NCBI GenBank assembly: GCA_025059945.1
Contig: JANXDC010000011.1
Coordinates: 141,856 to 205,855, forward strand
Direction of reading: 5' to 3'
DNA: 64,000 bases
Source of the DNA: Bacteroidota bacterium
GTDB lineage: Bacteria > Bacteroidota > Rhodothermia > JANXDC01
Translations under genes and position numbers: made by a program
Part shown: positions 1-9,983 of the stretch, in pieces
How positions within the stretch are numbered: position 1 is the stretch's first letter
Layout: each line of letters begins with the position of its first letter
The notes under the pieces: model-generated
What the model was told of the DNA's origin: nothing
Database searches by the model: none
What the model saw: the letters and a program-made list of their open reading frames with translations, nothing else

Positions 1-71
1 GGACATGACTTCTTCACCACGCTCCGCCAGAAGCTAGGCTGGGGTTGGGATCGCAGGGGCATGTAGCCGGG

Positions 72-1496
72 CTATTGCGCTCTGCGGATGTTGAGGGAGC
101 TAGGGGGCTCCGCTTGGCGCACCTCCAGACGATCCTCCCGCACCCATATACGCCAGCCGGGGCGCGGATCGGGCCTCCGAGGGAGGCCAGGTAGCGACGG
201 AAGGCCATTCCGCAATGCCTCTTCGGGATAGAACACCCCTTCGCTTGAGCCCGGAATGCGCACTTCGCTTAAGCGTCCGTCGGAGAAGCGGAGCGTGATC
301 TGACGGGCCCTGATTTCAACGGCCCCATTGCGCGTTGTGTCCTGCCGCAGAAAATAGAGCACCTCGGCCCCCTCGAGCAATTCCAACGCCACAAGGAGGC
401 TGTCTTGAAAGACGGCCCGGATGCGGGACGCTCGCGCCTGATGGTAGCGTCCGCTTGCTGTGTCCTCCTCTAGCAGTACGGCTTGACCGTGGAGCCAGGC
501 TGAGTCCAGCTCCCCCTCGCGCGCGCCGATCCAGATCGAATCGGCGGCTAGCCAGGTGCGCTCCAGCCAGATCTGCGGCCTTCCGAAGAGCCACAGCGAG
601 TCCCGTGTGCCGGTCTTCTGCCTGTGACGCAGCCCCTTTAGATGGGCTGCGCGGGCGGCCATCCTGCGGGAGACGAGCTCTAGCCCCTCGGCTGCTTCCA
701 GGCGTTGCCGCAGCGAATCGAGTTCCACGGCCTCGACCCAATGGGCCCGAAGCCCGAGCGTATCGGGACGAGAGCCCGCTTGCAGGCGAGCCCAGAGGGG
801 GGCCCCGTCTGCCCGCAGGCGCCTGCTTTTGCGGTCCACCCACAGCTGGGGGCCCTGGAAATAGACCCGCTGCCGCAGATCGCGCCCGAAGACGCCTCCC
901 GAGGCCCGCGCCCGGTCCAGCTTGCGCCAATACTCCAGGGTGTCGGCGCGCACCTGCAGAGAATCTCGCCAACCCCAGAGCGCGACGGAGCCCGTAAGCA
1001 GAGCGCGCTTGGCCTCCGTCTCGTACAGGGCCTGTTGGGCCTGGATCGCAAAGCTCGTATCCTCAAGGTGGAGCGGACCTGTAAGCTCGAGCCGCTTCTG
1101 GCGATAGTCGTAGCGCGCCCCTTGGCTCTGGATGCGCGTTACCCCGTCGGAGTAGCGCAAAGGCCCTGCGACTTCCGCCACCCGCCGGCCGTGATAATAG
1201 GTGATCCGCCGGGCCCAAAGCGTATCGGTGGGTTGCGCGATCTGGATGCGTCCGAAAAGGTGGATCTCCTCTCGTTCTACGATCTGCAGTGCGCTATCGC
1301 AGCGCAGCTGCAGCTCCTCTTGGCGGATCTCCACGCGGCCGATAAGCTTCCGATAGGTAAGGCCCCCCACGGTCTGTCCCGAGAGCTCCTCTGCGTGCAC
1401 GATCTCGACTATGCGGCGCGGATTCTCTTGGCCGCGGACGAGCCCGGCCGGTAAAACGGAGCTTATCGCGAGAAGAAGCGCTTTACGTGCCCACAT
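72..1496 (-). CDS. OstA/LptA-like domain periplasmic protein (LPS-transport-associated). Start moved to the internal Met that precedes a signal peptide (MWARKALLLAISSVLPAGLVRGQ)
   Basis: Long ORF with an N-terminal signal peptide and OstA-like beta-jellyroll character. The ATG at 1496 overlaps the stop of the upstream lipoprotein gene by 14 nt. The upstream 288 nt of the 570-aa ORF has no support. Confidence 0.5.
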   Translation of the reverse strand: MWARKALLLAISSVLPAGLVRGQENPRRIVEIVHAEELSGQTVGGLTYRKLIGRVEIRQEELQLRCDSALQIVEREEIHLFGRIQIAQPTDTLWARRITYYHGRRVAEVAGPLRYSDGVTRIQSQGARYDYRQKRLELTGPLHLEDTSFAIQAQQALYETEAKRALLTGSVALWGWRDSLQVRADTLEYWRKLDRARASGGVFGRDLRQRVYFQGPQLWVDRKSRRLRADGAPLWARLQAGSRPDTLGLRAHWVEAVELDSLRQRLEAAEGLELVSRRMAARAAHLKGLRHRQKTGTRDSLWLFGRPQIWLERTWLAADSIWIGAREGELDSAWLHGQAVLLEEDTASGRYHQARASRIRAVFQDSLLVALELLEGAEVLYFLRQDTTRNGAVEIRARQITLRFSDGRLSEVRIPGSSEGVFYPEEALRNGLPSLPGLPRRPDPRPGWRIWVREDRLEVRQAEPPSSLNIRRAQ

Positions 1497-2019
1497 CCGG
1501 CACCGCGACGCGGCCCGTAACGCGTCGCACCCGATACCAGGACAGATCAAAAGCCGCCTCCAGGCCGTATCCTTCCAGCCACTCCTCAGGGGTTTGGATG
1601 CGCACGAAGCCGGGGCTTCGGATGCGTTCCTCTCCCTCCTCAAGCTCCAAAACCGAAGTCCAAAGCTGCCGATCCGCCACCCGGAGCCGTACGTCTCCTT
1701 GGAAGGCGATCCGGCGCGCCCGGGGCCAGTACGTTCCCTCCTGAGCCTCCAGCTCGGCCTGAAGGGGGCCGGATTGCCCCTCAAAAAGGCGCGCCCGAAC
1801 CCCTCCGCGCAAGATCATCACCGTTGAATCCGGCCGCTCGTATACAAGCAAGCGCGCCGCCCACAGGGATAGGCGCATCTGGCCGCGCACGGAAAGCTGC
1901 AGCCAGACCTCCTCGGCCTCTTGCGTGGGGGGCTCTTCGGTGGCCACCTCCAGGCCCCTCTGCGATTCTGTGGGCCGACAGCCCAGCAAAAGCACCAAAA
2001 GCAGGCCGACTCGGCTCAT
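1483..2019 (-). CDS. LptC-like lipoprotein (signal peptide with lipobox LLGC)
   Basis: 178-aa ORF with a lipoprotein signal (MSRVGLLLVLLLGC). It sits immediately upstream of, and is translationally coupled to, the OstA-like gene, in the same orientation as trkAH. Confidence 0.4.
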   Translation of the reverse strand: MSRVGLLLVLLLGCRPTESQRGLEVATEEPPTQEAEEVWLQLSVRGQMRLSLWAARLLVYERPDSTVMILRGGVRARLFEGQSGPLQAELEAQEGTYWPRARRIAFQGDVRLRVADRQLWTSVLELEEGEERIRSPGFVRIQTPEEWLEGYGLEAAFDLSWYRVRRVTGRVAVPDVGT

Positions 2020-3500
2020 CGTTTCCAGAACGAGCGGCTAAACAGCACAAGCACCGTAAACAGCTCCAGCCGACCGACGAGCATAAGCGCGCTCAGCCAC
2101 AGCTTAGCCCCATCGGAGAGGTGGGCGAAGTGCTCCGCCGGACCGACCTCCCCGAACCCCGGCCCCACGTTGCCGATGCAGGTGATCGTGCTCCCGATGG
2201 CCGTGAGCAGATCCACTCCGGTAGAGGCCAACAGGAGCACAGACAGGGCGCATAGGCCTAGGTAAAGCGTAAAGAAGCTGAGCACATGCTGCAGTACCTC
2301 GTCTGAAATGACGCGGCTCCCGAGTCGGACCGGCAACACAGCGCGCGGATGCAGCAGGCGCCGGATCTCCCGGTTGGCGTTCTGAAACAGAATCAACAGG
2401 CGCACCACCTTAGGTCCGCCTCCGGTGGAACCGGCCATGCCGCCAACGAAAAAGAGCAGGAACAGGGTAGCTATGGCCAAGGGGGGCCATGCCTCATAGT
2501 CCGCCGTGGCGTATCCGGTGGTAGTGAGGATGCTGACGACCTGAAACAGCGCCATGCGCCAGGCGGCCTCCGCCGAAGGGGCCGACTCCAGGAGTGCTAT
2601 GAAAACTATTCCCGAAGCCAGCAGCGCGATCCCCCCATAGGCCCAGAGCTCCCGATCCGAGGCCACAGCCGCGACCCGGCCCAGAAGCAGCCGGTAATGC
2701 AGGGCGAAGTTTATACCGGCAAGCACCATGAACAGGATCGTCACGTATTCCACGTAAGCGCTCTCAAAGGCCCCAATGGAAGCCGAACGCGTCGAAAACC
2801 CCCCTGTAGCCATGGTCGTAAAGGCGTGCTGTAGGGCTTCAAGCAACCCTACGCGCGGATGTAGGGATAGCAGCAAGGTTTGGGCCGCGGTCAGCACTAG
2901 GTAAATGCCCCAAAGCCGCGTGGCGGTGTCCCGGATGCGGGGGGTGAGCTTATCGGGCGTAGGACCCGGCACCTCGGCCTTGTACAGCTGCATGCCCCCC
3001 ACGCCGAGTACAGGCAAGATGGCCAAGCTGAGTACGATAATGCCCATGCCGCCTAGCCACTGCGTGAGGCTGCGCCAGAAAAGCAGGCTTTGCGGCAGCT
3101 CCTCGACCCGAGGCCGACCCGGTCCGCCCAGCACGCTGGCGCCCGTGGTAGTAAAGCCCGAGGCGGTCTCAAACAGGGCATCTACGAGGCCCAGGCTCCG
3201 GCTCAGCGTAAACGGCAGTAGACCGCTTGCCGTGGCCACGATCCAGCCCCCCGTCACCACCAGAAAGCCCTCCCGCAGCCGCAGATCCTGCGCATGTCGG
3301 CGTAAGCTCCAAGCCAGGCCTACACCGGCGGCCATGCTGAGCGAGCTGGACAGCGCAAAGGCGCGCGCAGGCTCAAGCTCTCTGAACCCAAACGCCAAGG
3401 CTAGGGGCAGAAGCTGCGTTGCGCCCACAGCCGTCAGCACGACGCCCAAAGCGAAGCCCACCGCGGGAAGGCTAAACGGGGGAGTCCAAGAGAGGCGCAT
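2016..3500 (-). CDS. trkH: TrkH/KtrB family potassium uptake membrane protein
   Basis: 494-aa polytopic membrane protein with TrkH-like repeated selectivity-filter-like glycine motifs. It lies immediately downstream of trkA with a 1-nt gap. Confidence 0.85.
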   Translation of the reverse strand: MRLSWTPPFSLPAVGFALGVVLTAVGATQLLPLALAFGFRELEPARAFALSSSLSMAAGVGLAWSLRRHAQDLRLREGFLVVTGGWIVATASGLLPFTLSRSLGLVDALFETASGFTTTGASVLGGPGRPRVEELPQSLLFWRSLTQWLGGMGIIVLSLAILPVLGVGGMQLYKAEVPGPTPDKLTPRIRDTATRLWGIYLVLTAAQTLLLSLHPRVGLLEALQHAFTTMATGGFSTRSASIGAFESAYVEYVTILFMVLAGINFALHYRLLLGRVAAVASDRELWAYGGIALLASGIVFIALLESAPSAEAAWRMALFQVVSILTTTGYATADYEAWPPLAIATLFLLFFVGGMAGSTGGGPKVVRLLILFQNANREIRRLLHPRAVLPVRLGSRVISDEVLQHVLSFFTLYLGLCALSVLLLASTGVDLLTAIGSTITCIGNVGPGFGEVGPAEHFAHLSDGAKLWLSALMLVGRLELFTVLVLFSRSFWKR

Positions 3501-4847
3501 CTACCCCACCAAGCGACGCAGTTCGTCCAACGCCTCAGGCAAGGCGAAGACGATTAAGCGATCTCCGGCCTCTAGGCGAGTCTGCCCCGTGGCCACGACG
3601 GCGCTTCGGGCTCGCTGCAGCCCCCCGATGATGCTGCCACGAGGAAAGGATACGTCGCGCAGGAGTCTGCCCCGCAGCCGGCTGCGGGGGGAGACCTCTA
3701 GCTCCAGGATCTCGGCAGCCAAGCCTGGGATGGTGGTCACGGATAGCACGTGCGCACCCCGCACATAGCGCAGGACTTCGTTGGCCGCCGCGATCTTCTC
3801 GTTTACGGCCGCGTCGAGGCCAATTGTTTGGCTAAGGGGCACGTAATTGGGCTTGCTCACCAAGGCCACCGTCTTGGGCACACCCAGATGCTTGGCCATG
3901 AGACAGGTAACGAGGTTGTTCTCTTCATCTGGGCTTACGGCCAAGAAAGCGTCGACGTCCGCGATCCCCTCGCTGACCAGCAGGTCGATGTCCGTGCCGT
4001 CTCCATGAATGACCAATACATCCGGCAATTCGGCGGCGAGCTCCACGGCCCTGTCTCGGTCGGGTTCGATGAGCTTGATCGTATATCCGCCCTTTTGCAC
4101 CAGCCACTCGGCCGTCTTGAGCGCCACCGATCCGCCGCCCAGGATCATGATCGTGCGGATGCGCACGTTCTCCTTGCCTAAGAGCCGGATAATGGCCGGC
4201 ATCTGCTCTGTAGGCGCCACCACGAAAATCTGGTCGTTGCGCCGTAGGATGTCTCCACCTCCTGGAATGATGGTGCGCTGGCCCCGCACGATGGCCACGA
4301 TGCGGAACAAGAGCTCCGTATGCTGGTTTGCGAGCTCTCTTAAGGGGATGTTCAGCACCGGACACTGCGCATCGAGGCGGATGCCAACAAGTTGCATCTG
4401 CCCGTCGGCCAAGTTCAGCACATCCGTGGCCGCGGCGCGCTGGAGCAGAAGCCCGATCTCCTGTGCTGCGCTCTCCTCGGGATGGATGACGCGATCGATG
4501 CCCAGATCCTGAGGATGAATGAGCGCTCCGGGTCGGGTAAGCTCATCGTTGCGCACGCGCGCGATGCGCGCCCTGGCCCCCAGCTTCCAGCCCAGCATGC
4601 AGGCTACGATGTTGACCTCGTCGATGCTGGTGACGGCGATCAGGATGTCCGCCTGATGCACCCCGGCTTCCTTGAGGTCTCGAGCCGAGGTGGCATTCCC
4701 CTGTAGGGCCAGCACGTCGAGCTGATCCCGTAGACGGCTTAAGGCGGCCTCGTTTTTGTCAAGCACGGTGACCTCATGGCCCTCGATTGAGAGCATTCGG
4801 GCGATGTCGAACCCTACGGCCCCGGCTCCGAGCACGACGATCTTCAT
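3501..4847 (-). CDS. trkA: Trk system potassium uptake protein TrkA (two tandem RCK/NAD-binding domains)
   Basis: N-terminal Rossmann motif (MKIVVLGAGAVG) and a second Rossmann motif (IMILGGGSVA) in a 448-aa protein, adjacent to trkH. Confidence 0.85.
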   Translation of the reverse strand: MKIVVLGAGAVGFDIARMLSIEGHEVTVLDKNEAALSRLRDQLDVLALQGNATSARDLKEAGVHQADILIAVTSIDEVNIVACMLGWKLGARARIARVRNDELTRPGALIHPQDLGIDRVIHPEESAAQEIGLLLQRAAATDVLNLADGQMQLVGIRLDAQCPVLNIPLRELANQHTELLFRIVAIVRGQRTIIPGGGDILRRNDQIFVVAPTEQMPAIIRLLGKENVRIRTIMILGGGSVALKTAEWLVQKGGYTIKLIEPDRDRAVELAAELPDVLVIHGDGTDIDLLVSEGIADVDAFLAVSPDEENNLVTCLMAKHLGVPKTVALVSKPNYVPLSQTIGLDAAVNEKIAAANEVLRYVRGAHVLSVTTIPGLAAEILELEVSPRSRLRGRLLRDVSFPRGSIIGGLQRARSAVVATGQTRLEAGDRLIVFALPEALDELRRLVG

Positions 4848-4983
4848 GTGGGCGGCACACTACTACTACGAGCTAGCCACAACCGCGCAAGTTTACGGCG
4901 TTGGCATAGATCCCGCAAAAGCACCGCACATGCGCACCAGCTTACCCTGCGCTAACTTTTCTGTGCCTTGATCCGGAGCGGCC

Positions 4984-5937
4984 ATGTCGAGCCCCGATCT
5001 TTCCATCGTGATTCCGATCTACAACGAAGCTGCGGTGTTGGAGGAGCTTCTGAAGCGTCTGCGCGCCGCGCTGGCGCCTCTGGATCTAGATTGGGAGGTG
5101 CTCTTCGTTGACGACGGAAGCCAAGATGGCTCTTGGGCCGTTCTGGAGCGCTTGGCGGCCGAAGACAGCCGCGTGCGGGCGCTGGGGCTATCGCGCAACT
5201 TCGGGCATCAGCGGGCGATTTCCGCAGGGCTGGAATGGGCCCGGGGGCGGGCCGTGGTGGTCATGGACGGGGACCTTCAGGATCCCCCGGAGCTCATCCC
5301 GGAGTTGCTGCGCCGATGGCAGCAGGGCTACGAGGTGGTCTACGCCGTGCGCACGCGGCGTCGGGAGCCGTGGCTTATGCGCACGGCCTACAGGATCTTC
5401 TACCGGCTTCTGTCCGCCTTGGCGGAGGTAGAAATCCCCCTGGATGCCGGCGATTTCGGGCTCATCGATCGCCGCGTGCTGGAGGTGATGCGCCGTATGC
5501 CGGAGCGAAGCCGCTTTGTACGGGGCCTGCGCAGCTGGTCCGGGTTCCGGCAGATTGGCGTGCCCTATGAACGCGCGGCCCGCGCCCGGGGCCGATCGAA
5601 ATACTCCTGGGGCAAGCTTCTGCGGCTCGCCCTGGATGGGCTTTTGGCCTTCTCGAGTGCGCCGCTGCGTCTGGCCACCTGGATGGGGTTTTTCGTCTCC
5701 TCGATAAGCTTCGTGGGGATCGTGCTGTATCTATATCGGTACTTCACCACGCCCCGCGTGCCGGGCTTTACGACGCTTATCATCGCGCTGCTGTTTTTGG
5801 GTGGCATTCAGCTGATCACCATCGGCATCATCGGCGAGTACATCGGCCGCATCTACGAGGAGGTCAAGCAGCGCCCCCTGTACGTGGTCTACCGCACGCT
5901 CAACCTTGACCCCCCGCCAGGGGCCAGCCTATCTTGA
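4984..5937 (+). CDS. GT2 family polyprenyl-phosphate glycosyltransferase (DPM1/ArnC/GtrB-like)
   Basis: LSIVIPIYNE start, a DxD (VDDGSQDGS) motif and a (V)MDGDLQDPPE motif, with C-terminal TM helices typical of bactoprenol glycosyltransferases. Confidence 0.8.
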   Translation: MSSPDLSIVIPIYNEAAVLEELLKRLRAALAPLDLDWEVLFVDDGSQDGSWAVLERLAAEDSRVRALGLSRNFGHQRAISAGLEWARGRAVVVMDGDLQDPPELIPELLRRWQQGYEVVYAVRTRRREPWLMRTAYRIFYRLLSALAEVEIPLDAGDFGLIDRRVLEVMRRMPERSRFVRGLRSWSGFRQIGVPYERAARARGRSKYSWGKLLRLALDGLLAFSSAPLRLATWMGFFVSSISFVGIVLYLYRYFTTPRVPGFTTLIIALLFLGGIQLITIGIIGEYIGRIYEEVKQRPLYVVYRTLNLDPPPGASLS

Positions 5938-5946
5938 ATTGCAACC

Positions 5947-7185
5947 ATGCATCTGGAGATCACCTCCGAAGTCGGACGCCTGCGGGCCGTAATCGTGCAC
6001 ACCCCGGGTGCGGAGGTCTCGCTTGTGCACCCGGACCAGCGGGCGGAGCTCCTGTTCGAAGACATCATCTTCGAACAGGGCGCCCGCGAGGAGCACCTGA
6101 ACATGCTCGCCTTGTTTCGCAAAGTACTGCCCGACGGGGAGGGGATCTACGACATCGCCAACTTGTTCCGCCAGGCTCTGGAGTATTCCGAGGAGGCGCG
6201 CGCCTTCTTCGTGGAGCGCTTCGTGCAGTTACACCCCCTGCAGAACCTCCGGCCCTTTGAGCGGGATCTGAAGCGCTTAGAAGCGGAGGCACTCTATGAG
6301 TTGGCCATCACGGGCCGCTCCCCCCTTCCGATCACCGTTCCGCCCACGCCCAACCTGATGTTCACGCGCGACCTGGCCGCCGTGGTGGGGGAGCACATTC
6401 TGCTCAGCCGCGCGGCCACGCCGGCGCGGGTGCGCGAAAGCCTCATCATGGAAACCGTGGCCCTCTACCATCCGTTCTTCTCCGCTCATCCAGACCGGGT
6501 AATCCTACTCGACTATGGGGTCACGCTCGAAGGCGGCGATTTGATCGTGGTCAACGAGCATATTGTGATGATCGGCCACAGCGAGCGCACCTCCTTCGGG
6601 GGGGCTCTAAGCGCCGCCATGGAGTTGTTCCGCCGCACCCGCGTCAGGCACGTGCTGCTTGTAGACATCCCCAAACAGCGTGCTTCCATGCACCTGGATA
6701 CGATTTTTACCTTCACCAGCCCTCGGGAATGCGTGGTTTTTCCCCCTTTGGTGGAACTGCCGCGCTACAACGTGGTGCACCTGTTCCCGGAAGGCGAGGG
6801 GATGCGCGCGGAGCTCAAGCCCAGCATCCGGGCCGCCCTGGAGGAACTCCTGGGCCATGAACTGGTTTTCATCCGCTGCGGCGGTTTGGCCGAAATCGAC
6901 CAATACCGCGAGCAGTGGACCGACGGGGCCAATGTTTTCGCCCTGGCCCCGGGCGTGGTGATCGGCTATGAGCGCAACCAGAAGACCTTCCAGGAACTGA
7001 AAGCGCACGGCTATAGGGTCGTCAAACAGCGCGGGTTTTTGGATTCCTACGAGGATGGCGGCTTCCCCGTCGACGGTTCGGAGAAAATCGCCGTCATGTT
7101 CGAGGGCTATGAGCTTTCGCGCGGTCGAGGTGGCGCCCGGTGCATGACCCTACCCTTGGCCCGCGATCCCATCGCACAGGCATAG
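5947..7185 (+). CDS. arcA: arginine deiminase-like amidinotransferase superfamily enzyme
   Basis: N-terminal EVGRLRAVIVHTPG motif and a C-terminal GGARCMTLPL catalytic-Cys motif, as in ADI. Length 412 aa. Confidence 0.65.
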   Translation: MHLEITSEVGRLRAVIVHTPGAEVSLVHPDQRAELLFEDIIFEQGAREEHLNMLALFRKVLPDGEGIYDIANLFRQALEYSEEARAFFVERFVQLHPLQNLRPFERDLKRLEAEALYELAITGRSPLPITVPPTPNLMFTRDLAAVVGEHILLSRAATPARVRESLIMETVALYHPFFSAHPDRVILLDYGVTLEGGDLIVVNEHIVMIGHSERTSFGGALSAAMELFRRTRVRHVLLVDIPKQRASMHLDTIFTFTSPRECVVFPPLVELPRYNVVHLFPEGEGMRAELKPSIRAALEELLGHELVFIRCGGLAEIDQYREQWTDGANVFALAPGVVIGYERNQKTFQELKAHGYRVVKQRGFLDSYEDGGFPVDGSEKIAVMFEGYELSRGRGGARCMTLPLARDPIAQA

Positions 7186-7193
7186 GAGGTCCC

Positions 7194-8375
7194 TTGGAGC
7201 CCCGTCAGCCCGTCGCAGCTCCCGAAGCCGCGCCCACAGAGGCGCTTCTTGCCCGCACCAGTCGCCCTTGGGTGCACGTGCTGCTATTTGTGCTCACTTT
7301 CCTCTCCGTCACCTATGCGGGTATCGGTTGGGTGGGTCGGGACCTGGTGCATGGCGCAAATTGGTGGGGCTACGTGCAGGACAGCCTGCACTTTACAATC
7401 CCGTTTTTGCTCTTTCTCACCGCGCACGAGTTCGGCCACTACCTAGCCGCCCGCCGACACGGGGTCCGGACCACCTTGCCGTACTACATCCCGATGCCGT
7501 TTATAAGTCCGATCGGCACGCTGGGGGCCGTTATCCGAATCCAGGAAAAGGTGCCCGACAGCCGCAAGCTCTTCGACATCGGCATCGCCGGGCCGCTGGC
7601 CGGCTTCGTGGTATCCTTGGCCACGCTGCTGTATGGGTTCCTCACCCTGCCCCCTCCGACGTACATGCTGCAGTTCGGAGGCCATGCGGAGCTGCACGCC
7701 CATTTGCTCCAATACGGAACTTTCGCCGGCTATGAGCCCTCGGGAAACCCGCTGCGGATTGGCTCCACCCCCTTGTATTGGCTTCTGAGCCAGTTATCGG
7801 AACACACCCCCCCAATGTATGAGATGTATCACTACCCCTATCTCCTCGCCGGCTGGCTGGGGCTGTTCTTTACGGCGCTCAACCTCCTGCCCATTGGGCA
7901 GCTAGACGGCGGACACATCGCCTACGCGCTCCTGGGGCCGCGTTGGCATGGGCAGCTGGCCCGGTTCGCCGTGCTGCTGCTCCTGTACCTCGGCGGGGTG
8001 GGGCTAATCCGGGAGCTGGGGCCGGTGCTATACGAGAGCCACTCCTGGGGGGTGCTCTGGACCTGGCTGCTCTGGATCCTGATCGCGGCCTATTTCGTGT
8101 ACCGACTTTACGGGCCGGATTGGGGTCGGGCCCTGCCCGTGCTCATCGTGCTCTTGGTCTGCACCCAGCTAGCCGACTGGATACCCCAACTGGCCGCCTG
8201 GGGCTACTCGGGATGGCTCCTCTGGGTCGTATTGCTTATCGCCATAATCCGGATCGATCATCCGCCCGTGCTCTACTTTGTTCCTCTGGATTTTCGGCGC
8301 CGAGCACTGGGCTGGCTGGGGTTTGTGTTGTTTGTGCTCTGCTTCAGCCCAACGCCCTTCAACGTGGCCTTCTAA
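7194..8375 (+). CDS. M50 family (site-2 protease-like) membrane metalloprotease
   Basis: HEFGHY HExxH motif inside a TM helix. The protein is multi-pass. The start was moved to the TTG at 7194, which follows the AGGAGGT at 7184 and lies just past the arcA stop. The start is uncertain. Confidence 0.55.
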   Translation: MEPRQPVAAPEAAPTEALLARTSRPWVHVLLFVLTFLSVTYAGIGWVGRDLVHGANWWGYVQDSLHFTIPFLLFLTAHEFGHYLAARRHGVRTTLPYYIPMPFISPIGTLGAVIRIQEKVPDSRKLFDIGIAGPLAGFVVSLATLLYGFLTLPPPTYMLQFGGHAELHAHLLQYGTFAGYEPSGNPLRIGSTPLYWLLSQLSEHTPPMYEMYHYPYLLAGWLGLFFTALNLLPIGQLDGGHIAYALLGPRWHGQLARFAVLLLLYLGGVGLIRELGPVLYESHSWGVLWTWLLWILIAAYFVYRLYGPDWGRALPVLIVLLVCTQLADWIPQLAAWGYSGWLLWVVLLIAIIRIDHPPVLYFVPLDFRRRALGWLGFVLFVLCFSPTPFNVAF

Positions 8376-8400
8376 AAAGCGCACGGACAGAAAAAACGCG

Positions 8401-8420
8401 AAAACGAACAACCGTTCGTT
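8401..8420. promoter_or_regulatory. perfect 8-4-8 palindrome AAACGAAC-aacc-GTTCGTTT, candidate TetR/PaaR operator
   Basis: Seen directly in the sequence, 40 nt upstream of the TetR regulator start, followed by a TATATT-like -10 box. Confidence 0.4.
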
Positions 8421-8459
8421 TGCATTTGCTAACCGCATTGCATATATTTCGATTCGGTT

Positions 8460-9035
8460 ATGGGGCGGATTGACGACATCTGTCGCGTGGCCGAAAGCCT
8501 CTTTAGCGAGCGTGGCTATCATGCCACAAGCGTTCGAGACATTGCCCGGCAGTTACGGCTACAGGGGGGCAGCCTGTATGCACACATCGCAAGCAAGGAG
8601 GACCTGCTCTGGGAGATCGTTCGGCGCGCAGCGGAGCAGTTTTTGCAAGCTATCGATGAGGTGCTGCGGGCCGAGGCCTCTCCGGTGGAGCGTTTCCGGC
8701 GCGCTTTCCGGGCCCATTTCTCCCTGATCGCCCAGAACTTGGCCGCGGCCACGGTGTACTTTCATGAATGGCGGCAGCTTTCCCTTGAGCGGCGCAAGGC
8801 CATCCTGGAGCACCGGGACGCTTACGAGGCCGCCTGGAGAAAAATCATACAGGAGGGGATCGCGACGGGACTCTTCCGGCCCGTCGATCCCGCCATGGCC
8901 GCGCGCGCCGTTTTGTCCGTGGCCAACTGGTTTTATCAGTGGTACCGACCTGAGGGGCCGCTCTCGGCCGAAGCCATCGCCGATGCACTTAGCGAGATCT
9001 TACTACACGGATTAATCAAGGAGAGCGCCACATGA
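8460..9035 (+). CDS. TetR family transcriptional regulator (PaaR-like, precedes paaABCD)
   Basis: N-terminal HTH ([29 protein letters not shown]) typical of TetR. The stop overlaps the paaA start (ATGA). Confidence 0.8.
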   Translation: MGRIDDICRVAESLFSERGYHATSVRDIARQLRLQGGSLYAHIASKEDLLWEIVRRAAEQFLQAIDEVLRAEASPVERFRRAFRAHFSLIAQNLAAATVYFHEWRQLSLERRKAILEHRDAYEAAWRKIIQEGIATGLFRPVDPAMAARAVLSVANWFYQWYRPEGPLSAEAIADALSEILLHGLIKESAT

Positions 9036-9979
9036 CCCAGGCTCAGCTGGAAGCCCGCCGCTTGGAGCGTTTTGAGGCGCGCGTTGCCCGCGGGGAGAAG
9101 ATCGAGCCCGGCGACTGGATGCCCGAGGAGTATCGCTATGAGCTAGCTCGGCTCATTCACAATCACGCCAACTCCGAAATCATGGGCGCCCTGCCGGAGG
9201 GTTCCTGGATCCCGTATGCTCCCACGCTCAAGCGCAAGATGGCCCTCACGGCCAAGGTGCAAGATGAAGTGGGGCACGGGCATCTGCTTTACCGCGTCGC
9301 GGAGACGCTCGGCAAGTCTCGGGAACAGATGCTCGAGGAGCTCTTCAGCGGCAAGGCCAAATATTCGAACGTCTTCCACTATCCGGCCGAAACCTGGGCC
9401 GATGTGGGCATCATCGGATGGCTCATCGACGGGGCGGCGATCGTCAACCAGACCATGATGGCCCAGGGCTCCTATGGGCCCTACGGCCGGGCCCTGAAGC
9501 GCATCTGCGCCGAGGAGTCCTTCCACATCAAGCATGGATACGACATCGTGGTCTCCCTGGCCACCGGTACTCCAGAGCAGCGCGCCATGTTGCAGGATGC
9601 GCTCAACCGCTGGTGGGAGCCCATCATGATGTTCTTTGGTCCGTCGGATGCGCGCTCCGTGCACACGGAGAAGCTTGTGCGCTGGCGCATCAAGCTTAAG
9701 ACCAACGACGAGCAACGGCAGGAGTTTTTGCGCAAGTTCGTGCCCAAAATCTGGGAGCTGGGCCTGACGATTCCGGATCCCAACCTGTACATCGATGAAG
9801 AGGGTGTGGTCCACTACACCGAACCCGATTGGGATAAGTTCCTCACGATCGTGCGGGGTGGGGGGCCCATGAGTCAGGCCCGGCTGGCCACGCGCCGGTT
9901 AGCCTGGGAGGAGAACGCCTGGGTCCGCCAGGCCCTGGCGCTGGCCGAGAAGCGCTACGCGGACTTCCCGATCGCATAA
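9032..9979 (+). CDS. paaA: 1,2-phenylacetyl-CoA epoxidase subunit A
   Basis: Ferritin-like di-iron protein with conserved PaaA regions ([32 protein letters not shown]). Confidence 0.85.
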   Translation: MTQAQLEARRLERFEARVARGEKIEPGDWMPEEYRYELARLIHNHANSEIMGALPEGSWIPYAPTLKRKMALTAKVQDEVGHGHLLYRVAETLGKSREQMLEELFSGKAKYSNVFHYPAETWADVGIIGWLIDGAAIVNQTMMAQGSYGPYGRALKRICAEESFHIKHGYDIVVSLATGTPEQRAMLQDALNRWWEPIMMFFGPSDARSVHTEKLVRWRIKLKTNDEQRQEFLRKFVPKIWELGLTIPDPNLYIDEEGVVHYTEPDWDKFLTIVRGGGPMSQARLATRRLAWEENAWVRQALALAEKRYADFPIA

Positions 9980-9983
9980 GGCC

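Noticed and set aside
316-1454. Long ORFs 316..972(-), 335..997(+), 680..1066(-), 705..1454(+) overlapping the OstA-like gene
   Set aside because: They lie in alternative or antisense frames of a better-supported gene. The proteins are Arg/Pro/Ala-rich, typical of GC-rich out-of-frame translation.
5108-5707. ORFs 5108..5431, 5133..5570, 5516..5707 inside the GT2 gene
   Set aside because: Alternative frames of a clearly conserved glycosyltransferase, with low-complexity Gly/Arg/Pro composition.
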